Of a stretch of DNA of 64,000 nt, positions 25,001 through 36,807 are shown in pieces (position 1 is the first letter of the stretch; each line of letters opens with the position of its first letter). This DNA comes from Gekko japonicus (Eukaryota), in NCBI RefSeq assembly GCF_001447785.1, contig NW_015165238.1, forward strand, positions 219,633 to 283,632, written 5' to 3'. Position numbers and translations under genes: made by a program. The notes beneath the pieces were generated by a model, which had not been told where the DNA came from, made no database searches, and was given only the letters and a program-made list of their open reading frames with translations.

Positions 25001-25329
25001 GGAAAACATAAAAGATCTTAAAAATAACTTCCTAACATATGGCTGAACTTTGCATGTCAGTGTGCAAGTATCTGTTAAAAAAAATAGAATATGCCTGAGG
25101 TGAGAGCAGAGACTTGCCCATTCTAGTCCTTTTGGACAGAGTTGACAGGAGAGGTGTGTGTGTGGGGGGGAGGGTTGCTTGCATGGAGGATGTTTTGCAG
25201 GGCAGCCAGACTGGTGAGCTTCACTTGGCCTGAGTTTTCCCAGTCAAAAAGAGGTTCTCCTAGCCTCCCAGCAAAAGTCACTGTTCAAGCCAAGCCTGGC
25301 TTCATGAGGGCACTGCTTTAGAGGTTCAG

Positions 25330-25990
25330 AGGTTGTTTTGGGATGTGTCTCTCAAAAAAGACCACCCCAGATTCAGGGCCCAGGAGGTTAGTTAAAGGTA
25401 AAGGTTCCCTTGCTCGAAAGACAGTTGAGTCCGACTCTAGGGTTGCGGTGCTCATCTCCGTTTCAAAGCCGAAGAGCCAGCGCTCCCCCAAGACGTTTCC
25501 ATGGCCATGTGGCCGGCATGACTAAACACCAAGGTGCATGGAACGCTGTTACCTTCCCACCGAAGTGGTACCTATTTATCTACTTGCAATTTCTTGCTTT
25601 TGAACTGCTAGGTTAGTTACAGTACCCCAAAATCCCTGTACAGGTTTATCAATCCAGCCAGTATCCTAGGGTGAGGCAAGTATTGACCCAAATCACCTGC
25701 CATGGCATTCCTCAGTTCCCAGTTCATCTTTCAGCTAGACTTGTCCAAACATCAGGATCCACCATGCCACATCATATATGGTGTAGCAATATAGTAGTCC
25801 ACACAATCTGTGTACCAGGCCACCTACTCTTGATGAACTCCAGGTTAGCCTTTGACTGAATCACCAGGGCCTTCCTTTCCAGAAGGCCGAGATAATTTCC
25901 ACACAAATCGATCAAAAACACCTGAGGTGGAGGACCCTGTCTCCTCAAATAACAGTGGGATGAGACTAGGCCAACCTCAAGCCCTGTCAC
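25330..25990 (-). mobile_element. Ngaro/DIRS-type retroelement remnant (SGNH-hydrolase ORF)
   Basis: GPPPQVFLIDLCGNYLGL..KALVIQ / LEFIKSRWPGTQIVWTTIL..LDKSS*KMNWEL..LPHPRILAGLINLYR resemble SGNH block III (GxND) and the run-up to block V; a Sauria SINE interrupts at about the DxxH position. Confidence 0.6.
25395..25614 (-). mobile_element. Sauria SINE, 5'-truncated
   Basis: (AAAGGT)n = reverse of the ACCTTT tail; TSD aggttagtta at 25385-94 and 25610-19, partly microhomology. Confidence 0.85.
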
Positions 25991-26918
25991 CCCAACCGTT
26001 CAACTGTAACCAATGCACTGAGCCTTCCTCTAATATTGCCTTTGCAGGTCACCATTCATGGTGGGAATCTTTATTCAGGCAGTCTGACCATGCCACTGGA
26101 ATCTCTCTATATTATAAAGCTGATTTGAGGTGGTATCTCTCCTATGGGGTGGCAGGATTCGATTCATGCCCAAATCAGTTGGCCGCCTGGACTGCCACTC
26201 ACAAACGAGTCCCTGGCCACTGGTTGGGTTAGCTACATCCCTCCCACAGAGGCAGCAGGCACTGGAACTCAACTCACAAGACAACTTCACCTCAGGCACA
26301 CAGGACAGATGCTCCGGTGACTCTGGCGCTGATGCTGGGGGGTAGTGAGAGCTGCGGCGAGGGAAGGGACGAGCCTGGCCAGCCTGGCCCAGCGGGTGCT
26401 TGAGGGGGAGGGAGAAGGGATGAGGATGGTCACTCTGCCACTGTTGCTGGGGGTCGGGACAACCGTGCTGAGGGAAGGGACGAAGTGGGTTGGCCTTGCC
26501 TGTTGTGGCCTAAAGCAGAGGGAGGTGCAATGTGCCCAGTGAGTTTGGCACTGCTGAGGCCGCTGAGGCTGTGGGGAGCCACACCAGTGGGAAGGGCGAG
26601 GCCGGGCACTTGGCCCACTGGGGCCTCAAGAGGGTGGGCCCAGGGATGGCCGGGAATAAGGTAGGGTGCCCTGGCCCACTGACACCTCGACCATGAGGGG
26701 GCAGGTCAAATCACCTGGTCCGCTGGAGCAGGGGGTAGGCCTGGCACCCTGGCCCGCCACCACCACAAGTGGGTCTGGGAAATGGGCAACTGCTTCCGGC
26801 TTGGCCTGCCAGGGCCTCAGCCATCGGTGGGGTGAGGTGCAGGAAGAAATTAGGGGACCGCAGCCTCACTAGGTCCCATTGTCTTCCTTACCATAACCAG
26901 CCTTCTCCCTAGTCCTTA

Positions 26919-27261
26919 GGTAAAGGTTCCCTTGCTCGAAAGCCAGTCGAATCCTACTCTAGGGTTGCGGTGCTCATCTCCGTTTCAAAGACGAAGAGCC
27001 AGTGCTGTCAGAAGACGTTTCCGTAGTCATGTGGCCAGCATGACTAAACATCAAGGCGCACGGAACACTGTTACCTTCTCAGCGGAGTGGTACCTATTTA
27101 TCTACTCGCAATTTCTTGCTTTCGAACTGCTAGGTTGGCAGGAGCTGGAACTAGAGATGGGAGCTCACTCCATCATGCGGCACCTGGGTCTCGAACTGCT
27201 AAACTACTGACCTTCCACAGCCTGCAGTTCAGCGTCTTAACACTTGAGCCACCGCAGCTCC
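26919..27261 (-). mobile_element. Sauria SINE, full length
   Basis: Highly similar to 33404-33753 over its whole length. Confidence 0.9.
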
Positions 27262-27669
27262 TTAATATAATGTTAATTCCTATTGTGATAATTCATGCTT
27301 TCCAGATCCTTTTAGTTCCATTTTTGATTGCCCTAACCTATTGGGTGAAATGCCAGATTTGTAGATCAGAAATACCCGGACCTGTTTAGGATGTCTAACC
27401 TTACAGCCTACTAGTGTTGCTGTTACATTTGCTTGTTCTAAAATGTAGTGTGTGAGCTTATACAAAGTCCAAAACTCATTAAACCCCTGCCCTGAAAATG
27501 TTTTGGAAGGAGCTTCCCACTCCTACCCCTCCACTCAGTAATTTTGCAACCCAGGCATTCTGCAGGATCTCAAAAGAACTTAAATTCAGTGTTTATGAAC
27601 AATGCAGCTCTGCCACCAGTTCCCGAAACAACCTTTATGCGAGATATCTAAAACCAGAAGAGATCACAG

Positions 27670-29550
27670 GAGCAGGTCTCTGACGAGGCACCATATAAAA
27701 GTTTGAAACAAGGGTTCTTCTAAATAAAAGACTTGAAGATTTTGAAGTCTTAATGAGTATTGCATCATATGTTTTAGAAGGGGAATTTGCTAATTGTTCT
27801 GAAAGTCTTTCTCTAAGGTATCAAGAGGTAGCTCTCTGTAGACAGTTTGTTGTTCCCTTATATAAAACCTCTTTTGTGTACTGTACTGGTGTACTGCAAG
27901 ATATGATTGTTTCCTTCAGGAATTGTTAGTCATTTCTCATGATAGCTAGGCAAATATGCAACAGCTGTATGGACTTACTTCTCAACCATTCTTCATTGAT
28001 GCCACATGATGGTTAATGGTAAAATTTTCCATCATATGAAGTGTCCTTTATTTGGTGGATGGGGGCTTCCAAGAGAAAGCCTCATTTGAACAAAAGATGA
28101 GATTGTGGCAATATAAGTTGCTTGTAGTCGAGATCAATGTCTGTGTGAATCTGGCTGATTCTGGCAAATGGGGGCTGTAATAAGGAGGGCAAATAGGCTG
28201 ATGTTGAATGGAAAGTTAGATGCATCCAACTCAAGAAGCTATGCTGGGTTTGAGCCACACTGCATTTTTGAACAATAGATTACTGAGCTAATGCACTCCT
28301 GGAAACATTGATGGAGTGTGGGAGATGTTTTGCTGCACAGGAGGAGGGTGGGATGGACGACGGTGTTGTGACACCATGTGTTGCAACAGAGGGTGGGGGC
28401 AGGGCCAGCCTTATAGGCTCAGCCTATCTGTCTCAGTTTGCCACCTTGTGCTCGCCCACCTCCACCCCCCTGTGTTCAGTGCAGGTTTCTGCCGGTTGCT
28501 TGTTGGGGCCATGTAGGAATTTTTCACTTTCATCCTGATTAGCTGGGGATGGAAGTGTTTTCGCCTACCTTGCACTGAGCTTGGGGGACTTTCATGGGTA
28601 GAGCTGTGGCCTGCTAAATAGGTTGGTCACTTTGTCAGAGTAGTGTGGGTTGGGAAAGCAGAACCGGTAAGCACCTTCAGCCAGTTCCCACTTGGGAACA
28701 ATGGGATTGTCAGGAATGGCCTGTGGGTTTTAGGGCCCTGAGCTGTGAATGGTGATTACCTCTGGAAACCCTTTAGGCTGGAGCCTCCTTGCAGGCTGTA
28801 GGGCTTCAGGGATAGGTACTCCTGGGGGGCAACCAGTGTGCTGGGCTGCCGGTCACAGGCCAGAGTGGTGGCCTCAGACTGGGGCTGGTGGCTTGCCCAT
28901 TTATGAGGCAAGGAGGTTGGCTGTATTCCGACTTGGGTGGCAAAAACTTTCTTGCCTCCCTTTCCTAATGCAGGCCACTAATTTCCATGAAATGCTGCTC
29001 CTGGAGGATAAGGTGCCCTAAGGAATAGCATGAGAGGTGTGAGCAAGAGGAGGGTTCTATTGGTGGCAATTGCCAGTGTAGTCTGGTTCTAACCCAGTGT
29101 TTGTACTCTTAAATGTCATTTAGTGTGTAGCTTCATATGTAAGTGATTATTCAGTTATTTTCTATTCAAAATAATTCCATGACCAATCGGGGTGATTATC
29201 ATATGCTGCTGGTTCCAGAACATGGAGAAAAACTGTTTTGTGTAAGCTAGATTGTAGGGCTGCAGATCAGAGGGTTTCCTAGGCTTAAAAATCTACTTCT
29301 TTAGGAAACCCTTTCAGACTAGGACTTTGCTTGGACATAGGCACTTACCCACTTGCAGCCTGACCTAACTCACAGTACTATTTTAGGCAGTTACCCACTT
29401 TCAGCCTGACCTATCTCACAGTACCATTTTAGCATAAAATGGAGAATAAGAAAATGATGTATGCCATTTTCAGTCCCCATTGGGGGGAAAGTGTGGTATA
29501 AATGAAGTAAAACAAACAAACCATGTCTGCTAGTCATCTTATGGCCCAGC
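27670..29550 (+). repeat. Orphan copy of the OR upstream block with no downstream coding exon
   Basis: Colinear with 6655-8260 and 30555-32250, including TATATAAAA at 27859; homology stops at atggcccag (~29550), ~250 bp short of the acceptor and ATG. Confidence 0.8.
28281..28941 (+). mobile_element. GC-rich insertion without TSD, probably DIRS/Ngaro-derived
   Basis: Interrupts aatagatt|aaaa of the paralogous block (cf. ~7690); ends gggtggc|aaaa. Confidence 0.5.
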
Positions 29551-32513
29551 TGTAATGTTCTGGATGTTGGTTCATAATTCTAGATGTTAAGAAGCATTGA
29601 GGCAGAAGGGGACTGTCCCCATAGGGTAAAATGATCCCTACCAGTTGTGTGTGGGGGGTGGCAGGCTCCCATCATTGAAGGGAAGACAAATTGGGAAGCA
29701 GCAGCATGACTTCAGAGAGGGGGGATTTAAATTTTAAGCCCGCTCAGTTTTTGGAGTCACTGGGCAGAGGCGGCATGCTCCGTTCAGTAGGCTGGCCCTA
29801 CTGTCAGGCAGAAACTTCTCTTGGGGATCTCAGGCACTTTTGCATGTCAGAGGGGCTGGTGCACTAGCCCCTCTGTCAGGCAGAAGCCCTGGATTCCCTT
29901 TCTCCCACCCCCTTCCCTTTGCCCCACTTGGAGGTGAGATGAAGGGAAGGGAAAGGGGGAAAGGAATGGATCTCAGGCACTTCTGCCTGTCATAAGGGCT
30001 GTCACATTGGCCCCTCTGTCATGCAGAAGTGCCGGATTCCCTCCCCCCTTTTCCCTTCACCCCGCTTGGAGGTGAGGTGAAGGGAAGGGAGAGTGAGAAA
30101 GGAATAGATCTCAGGCACTTCTGCTTGTCAGAGGGGAAGGTGTGCTGGCACCTCTGTCAGGTAGAAGCACCTAAGATCCATTCACTCTCCCCCTTCTGTA
30201 TCCCTGAATGTGCGGGTATGCCCTAATCAGCCAGATGAATCAGATAAAAGAATCTGATTTTGTAATTAGCCTTCCTGTGTAATGCCATATAGGCATTATT
30301 CAGGTTCCTAATTGGCTTGGCTGAGTGGAATGCACATCCCTAATGCACTTTCAAGAGTCAAAACTCACTTCAGCATAAACATACTGCTATATTTCCTTCG
30401 TTTTTGATCATATATTAGTGTTTGTGTTGTTATATATTGCCTCTGTATACTCAGGTTTCTTATTGGAAAAGGATGAAAAAGAAGGAAGGACATATCATTG
30501 GGGAATTATGACTCTCTCTGTGATCATGGCACTTCACTCTCAAGAGCTCACTTGAGCAGGTCTCTGGAGAGGCAGCATATAAACATTTGAAACAAGGGTT
30601 CTTCCAAATAAAAGACTGGAGTATTTTGAAGCCTTAATTAGTATTACATCGTTTTTAGAAGGGGGATTTGCTAATTGTTCTGAAATTCCTTCTGTAAGGT
30701 ATCAAGAGGTTGCTCTCTGTAGACATTCTGTTGCTTCCTTATATAAAACCTCTTTTGTGTACTGTACTGGTGAAGTGGCAACATATGATGGTTTCCTTCA
30801 GGAAATGTTAGTCATTTCTCATGATAGCTAGACAAATGTGCAACAGCTGTATGTACCTACCTCTCAACCATTCTTCGTTGATGCCAGTTGATAGTTAATG
30901 GTTAAAGGTTTTTTTATATATATGCATATATAATTATTATTCTAGTGATGTAGCGTAGGACTTAAAGATTCTTAGAAACTACTTCCGGGAAAATATATAA
31001 GGCTGGATTCAATGATGGCCATAAACTGTCAAAAACATTTCTTCAAATGAAGTGTCCTTCATTTGGTAAATGGGGGCTTCCAGAAAAAACGTCATTTGTA
31101 CAAAAGAGGTGGTTGTGACAATTTAAGGTGCCTGTAGTCAAGATCTATGTCTGTGTGAATATGGTTGACTTTCCAATTCAAGTCCACAGAAATAGATTCT
31201 ACTTAAGAATGCTAATTTAACACTGTTATCAAACCTCAGACATCAATTCAGTATGCAAAAGGAGGGATTCTGTTATACTGGTTGTGTTGTTGTTTGGAGT
31301 TTTTTTATTTGTTTGTTTTATTACCAGCTCTTGTTTAGCACATGCTCATGCAGGATAGAAAAACAGCTTTGTTTTGAAGACAACTGTACTGCATACTTGA
31401 AGGGGGGATTACATTTTAGTGATCTTTCACACCATCCCAAGTTTGTAAACTAACTCAGAAAAAAACAACTCGGATGTATAATTCATCCTGTAAACAGAGC
31501 CTTATATTTTGCATGTGCGGTTAGTTCCAACCATCGTTTACTGGTGGAGATGAAATGAAAAGTCTCTTTTCATCAACCAATAACTCAGGAGACACTGGGA
31601 CATGCATAAACAGCATTTGTGTGTTATGGGGGCTGTAATAAGGAGGGCAAGTTGGCAGAAATTGAATGAAAAGTTGAGTGCATCCAACTCAAGAAGATAG
31701 GTTGGATCTAGACTTCATTCTTGAACAAAAAAATGGAATGTTCTTGTTTACCCCTCCCAATGTAGGTCACTAATCTCCATGAAATGCTGTTCCTGGAGGA
31801 TAACCCTAAAGAATGGCATGAGAGGTCTGTGCATTGAAAAGGTGAAATTGGTGACAATTGCCCGTGTAGTCTGGATCCAACCCAGTGTTTGTGCTCTTAC
31901 ATGTCATTTAGCTTGTAGCTTCATATGAAAATGGGTATTCAGTTAATTTCTATTCAGAATACCCCCGTGACGAGTTGAGGTGAATATCATGCACTGCTGC
32001 TTCTAGAACACAGAGAACACCTGTTTTGCGTAAAACAGATGATAGGGCTGCAGTTAAAAGGGTTTCTTAGGCTTAGATTCCACTCCTCTAGTAAACCGTT
32101 ATAGACTATGACTTTGCTTGGAGAAAAATAAGATACCCACTGTCAGCCTGATCTGCCACAGAACTCTGTTCTTAGAAGAAAAGGTACAGTACAAATGAAG
32201 CAAAATAAATAAATAAACATTGCTTCCTAGGCATCTAATGGCACAACAGTAACAAAGGATTGTAATATCCTTTTTTACTGTTGTCACCAAGTAACAATAA
32301 GATGGTCTACTACATGAGGTAATATCTGCACAATTACTTTCATAACAGAAAAGGTGTTGGCGTGGTTTCCACATGTCCAAATAAAACACACGAGAACAGT
32401 TTATAAATCAGAGCATTAATTGTGGGAGACAGGGTATAATAATTTCAAGGCTTTGGAGTCTTTCACTTGGAGACATTCTGATTTTTTAAATTTCATTTTC
32501 AGTGATTCAAACT

Positions 32514-33824
32514 ATGGAGTATATGGAGAGAGACAATAAAACAGCAGTAACTACATTCATTCTTCTGGGATTTGGGAATGCCCCTGAACTTCAGATTCCT
32601 CTCTTCTTGGTTTTCTTAATAATCTACAGTGTGACCATGGCTGGAAACATCATCATTATTGTGTTAGTAATCACGGATCATCATCTTCACATCCCCATGT
32701 ACTTCTTCCTTGGAAACTTGTCCTGTTTGGAGACTTTCTACACTTCAGCTCTTCTCCCCAGGATGTTGGCCAGTTTCCTGACAGGAAACAAAACCATTTC
32801 TCTTTGGGGTTGCTTTATCCAGCTTTACTGTTTTGGTACAGTTGTGATTGCTGAATGCTACCTACTGGCATCAATGTCATATGACCGATATTTGGCAATA
32901 TGCAAGCCCCTCCAATATGCCACTCTCATGAGCAGAAGACTCTGCTTTCTGTTGTCAGCTGTATCTTGGCTTTGTGGGATAATGGTTATGACTTTAGTAA
33001 TAGGTTTGATGTCACAGCTGAAATACTGTGGCCCCCCAGAAATTGATCATTTTTTGTGTGACTCGGCACCAGTGATTACTCTATCATGCAGTGACACAAC
33101 TCTGGTGACACTGGTGAACCTCACAATATCTTTCATAGATACTGTTCCTTCTTTTCTTCTGACCCTGCTGTCTTACGTTTGTATCATTGCTGCCATCATA
33201 CGAATCCCCACTTCAGATGGGAGGGAAAAGGCCTTTTCCACCTGTTCTTCCCACCTCATTGTAGTTTCCATATTTTATGGCTCACTGATATTTGTGTATG
33301 CCCTACCAAAAAAAGAAGCTCTGAGAGAAGTGGACAAGATCTTCTCAGTCTTCTACACAGTCTTAACTCCCCTAATTAATCCCCTCATCTATAGTCTAAG
33401 AAAGGTAAAGGTAAAGGTTCCCTTGCTCGAAAGCCAGTCGAATCCGACTCTAGGGTTGCGGTGCTCATCTCCGTTTCAAAGCCGAAGAGCCAGCGCTGTC
33501 CGAAGACGTTTCCGTGGTCATGTGGCCGGCATGACTAAACACCAAGGTGCACGGAACGCTGTTACCTTCCCACCGAAGTGGTCCCTATTTATCTACTTGC
33601 AATTTCTTGCTTTCGAACTGCTAGGTTGGCAGGAGCTGGAACTAGAGACAGGAGCTCACCCTGTCTTGCGGCACCCGGGTCTTGAACCGCCGAACTACTG
33701 ACCTTCCACAGCCTGCAGTTCAGCGTCTTAACCACTTGAGCCACCGCAGCTCCATAGTCTAAGAAACAAAGAGGTAAAAAAAGCTTTAATGAGAGCTGTC
33801 AACAAGTGTGGGATTTCCAAGTGA
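32514..33824 (+). pseudogene. Olfactory receptor disrupted by a Sauria SINE after TM7 (read-through ORF 32514-33701, 395 aa; native tail at 33764-33824)
   Basis: Intact OR through NPLIYSLR, then antisense SINE sequence; the native NKEVKKALMRAVNKCGISK* follows the second TSD copy. Confidence 0.9.
33404..33753 (-). mobile_element. Sauria SINE, full length, young
   Basis: Perfect 13-bp TSD ATAGTCTAAGAAA (33391-33403, 33754-33766); (ACCTTT)n tail on the minus strand; CpGs retained. Confidence 0.95.
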
Positions 33825-34345
33825 TTTGTTGGAGATGGAGAGTGATCAGATCAAACTCATCTGGAATAAAATCTACAGGGTGGAGCAATTTATTGTCATT
33901 TTCTGTAATAGTTTCCATTCTGTTTATATACTTGAGTTTTCAGCTTTAGTAGTGGAAGTATAATGGAATGGAGTAACACGAAAAATTCCAGTTTCTTCCC
34001 ACATCTTCTTTATGCTCCTTTTGATTCATCCATGAATCAACTGTCTACATAATGTTGTAGTTCATATGTTGTAATTCAACTACTTTTGTTTCAGAACAAT
34101 ATTTGATACTTAGCAGATAAGTATTTATGAGTGGTGCAAAAACATCAAACACATGACCAATGAAGAAGATTCCTAAAATGTTAGTTAAGATTCCAAATGT
34201 TACTATCTAGTCAAAAAGAATGACAGCCGATGCTTGATTTTATTGTAGACATTGTGCTTTTGTGATTAGAAAACAAGTTTTCAAATCTGTAAATACCATA
34301 AACAATGGCAGTCAACAGGTAACTTTTTCTACCTGTGCCATTAAT

Positions 34346-35125
34346 ACGATTAAACTGCCCACGGCCGTTCCGGCTGTTGGGCTGGGAAAGCGCTTTTGCC
34401 TCCCAGCCGGTGCCCAAAAGTGCCACATATGGGACTTGGGAGGGGACGGGGCACTGAAGGCTTAAAAGCCCTGCCCTGCCTCTCTTCTCCAGCAGTCCCG
34501 CGCAGTTCGTCGGCCCACCCTCCCGCCCTGTTAGTAGTGCAGGCGTTTGCTGGTCACCAGTTTTTTGGGCCGGGTAGGAATTTTTCACCCCTTCCTGTTT
34601 GGCACTTGGAGGGGGTTAGGCCTACCCTGCACTGTGGCAGTGATGCAGGTGTTTATGGGGGTGAGCTGTGTTAGCCAGGTTGGTCACTTTCGTTTAGGCA
34701 GGAGGCTATGCGGTATACAGATTGTGGTCCGGTGAGCACCAGCTGACACCCATCATTTGGGGTTTAAGGGGTCCTCTGAGTACAGTCTTTGTGCCTTGTG
34801 GCATGGGGTGAGGAAAACGGACTGCCTTCGGGACGGCCCTGTTTAGGTCCTCTCTTTGAACCTTGCGGCTTGGGGGATGGGGCTACAGGGTTGTCCTGCA
34901 ATGGCTAGCCGGCCGGGTGAGAGCCCCTGCAGTGGGCTCCCACCCGGGGCAGGGTGGCTCGCTCTATTGACAAGGTAAGGGAGGGGTCCTTGACCTCTGG
35001 CCTTGACCATAACGCAATCTGTTTTGCCCTTGCCTTTGGTTCCAGTTAAAGATGTCAGTTAATAAAGTGGCCCTATAGTTAAACCCAACACTTGTGTCTG
35101 CCTCATTATTTCTGGCTTGGGGGGC
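34346..35125 (+). mobile_element. GC-rich insertion without TSD, probably DIRS/Ngaro-derived
   Basis: Starts near aaactgcccac; ends gtcagttaataaagtggcc...ggggc|aaata; absent from the paralog at ~21885. Confidence 0.55.
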
Positions 35126-35678
35126 AAATAATTATTTATTTTCTGCATTCATGCATTCTTTTGAGAATTAATCATTTTGGTTTAGAAATAGTTTTTTTTT
35201 ATTCCTAGGAGATTATTCTATGCCCATGGAGCAACCACAAGAGGGGAAATAACTCCCACCCTAGGGCAGTTTCTGGTTGGGAAGACAGTATAGAGGGAAG
35301 GCAGCAGCCCTTCCTCCCACCAAGTCAAGGTTCTTCAGCTCCTTTAATTTTAAACATACAGTTCCTACAGATGCTTGTTTCTATGGGGGAATACTCTTTC
35401 CAAAATTTCAATGTCTATTTATATAGCAGGACAGATCAGGTAGACATAGCTCTGCCCTCAGTTAAAACGTTCTCTCCCTAAGTAGGCAGTGACTCACTTT
35501 TCGCCTCCATGTTTATATTTAAGATAACAACCCTATGAAGAAGTTAGTTTGAAAAGGCACGGCTGGCCCAAGGTCACATAGTCTGCTTCCATAGCAGAGC
35601 AGAGCTTCAAACCTTGAACTCCCTGACATTCAAACTACACCTCAGTGTAAAAGTTAGAATGTGTCAAATAGCCAGAAT

Positions 35679-36200
35679 GGCCCTGGTCACACGGAGCATT
35701 AGGCACGCTAGAGAGACGGAAGATAGACTGAATTTACAGGCGTGATCTCACTGCCACATCTGGGAAGCGTAGAGCTCCCGTGGCACCCCTGAGGCTTCCC
35801 GCCGAAGATGTGGGGTAAAAAACTAGTACCTCGGAGGTACTAGTTTCCGGAAACCGCAGGGCAAGTGCGGGCTTCTGATTGTGTTTCCGGTGGTAGTTCC
35901 CGCACCCGCCCATGTCCCCTCGCAAAAAGGTCCCCCCCCCCAAGTTTCCACAGATGCGCACAAGCACCCAATGGAGCATGCACACATTTCAGGTTTTTTT
36001 TTTTTTTTTTAAATCACAACCCCGTTTGCCGCTCCACTCCGCTTCTTTACCGCGTCGTGTGATCGACACCTCCCCCCTAACCACGGGAGCTCGACGGGAC
36101 CTCAGCCTGATGCCTGATCGCGCAGTCACGCATTAGCTTGCTCCGGGGCAAACAGCCACACCTCCCCCCCCCGCATTTTCCTGCCCGTGTGGCCGAGGCC
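35679..36200. mobile_element. PIF/Harbinger-type MITE (same family as 12142-12654)
   Basis: TIR GGCCCTGGTCACACGG/CCGTGTGGCCGAGGCC; colinear with the 12142 copy. Confidence 0.85.
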
Positions 36201-36235
36201 TAAATTTTGTAAAAACCAGTTGGAGTCATGCCTAA

Positions 36236-36807
36236 GGGTGTGGTCACACAAGCAGTGTGCCATGGCAGTATCTTGGCTTTAAATAAGCTGGTTGAGTTTG
36301 GAATGCTTTGTGTTGATCACACAGTGCCCTGTAAGCCATCATCATAGTGCCACAGGTCCCTGGTTTGGTCATTCGCATTGCTAACTCACTGTAACCATGA
36401 ACCCGTGGCTGGGTTAGTTGTTTGCCCCCCAAATCCCACTGTGCATACACAGAAGCAGACAAGTGCTCATGCACTCCTGACTATGTTCTATGGGGGCTCT
36501 GAAGCACACATCAGAGTGGCTTTTTTCCCCAAAAGAATATGCTGGAAATGGAGTGGAATGATCACACTGCTCATGTGTTTCCATGGTGCACCTGGGTGAT
36601 CAGATGCTCAGAAAGCAGCTATGGAAGCACTTTGCTGAGGTAGCCACCAGAATTTGCTGGTGGCTATTTAATCCATGTGAGAGACGTTTTATCACAACAT
36701 AGGGATGAGTGGGGCATGGGAGCCAAATGTGTGTTTTTGCTCAGGCCCATTTGATCCGAAGGGGAGGGGTGGCTATGTTGGGCCAAATTGCTTATGTGAT
36801 CACACCC
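36236..36807. mobile_element. PIF/Harbinger-type MITE, second family
   Basis: TIR GGGTGTGGTCACACAAGCA/TGCTTATGTGATCACACCC; TSD TAA (36233-35, 36808-10). Confidence 0.85.

Noticed and set aside
29800-30190. Repeated ggatctcaggcacttctg units, superficially CRISPR-like
   Set aside because: Irregular degenerate tandem repeats in vertebrate DNA with no unique spacers and no cas genes.
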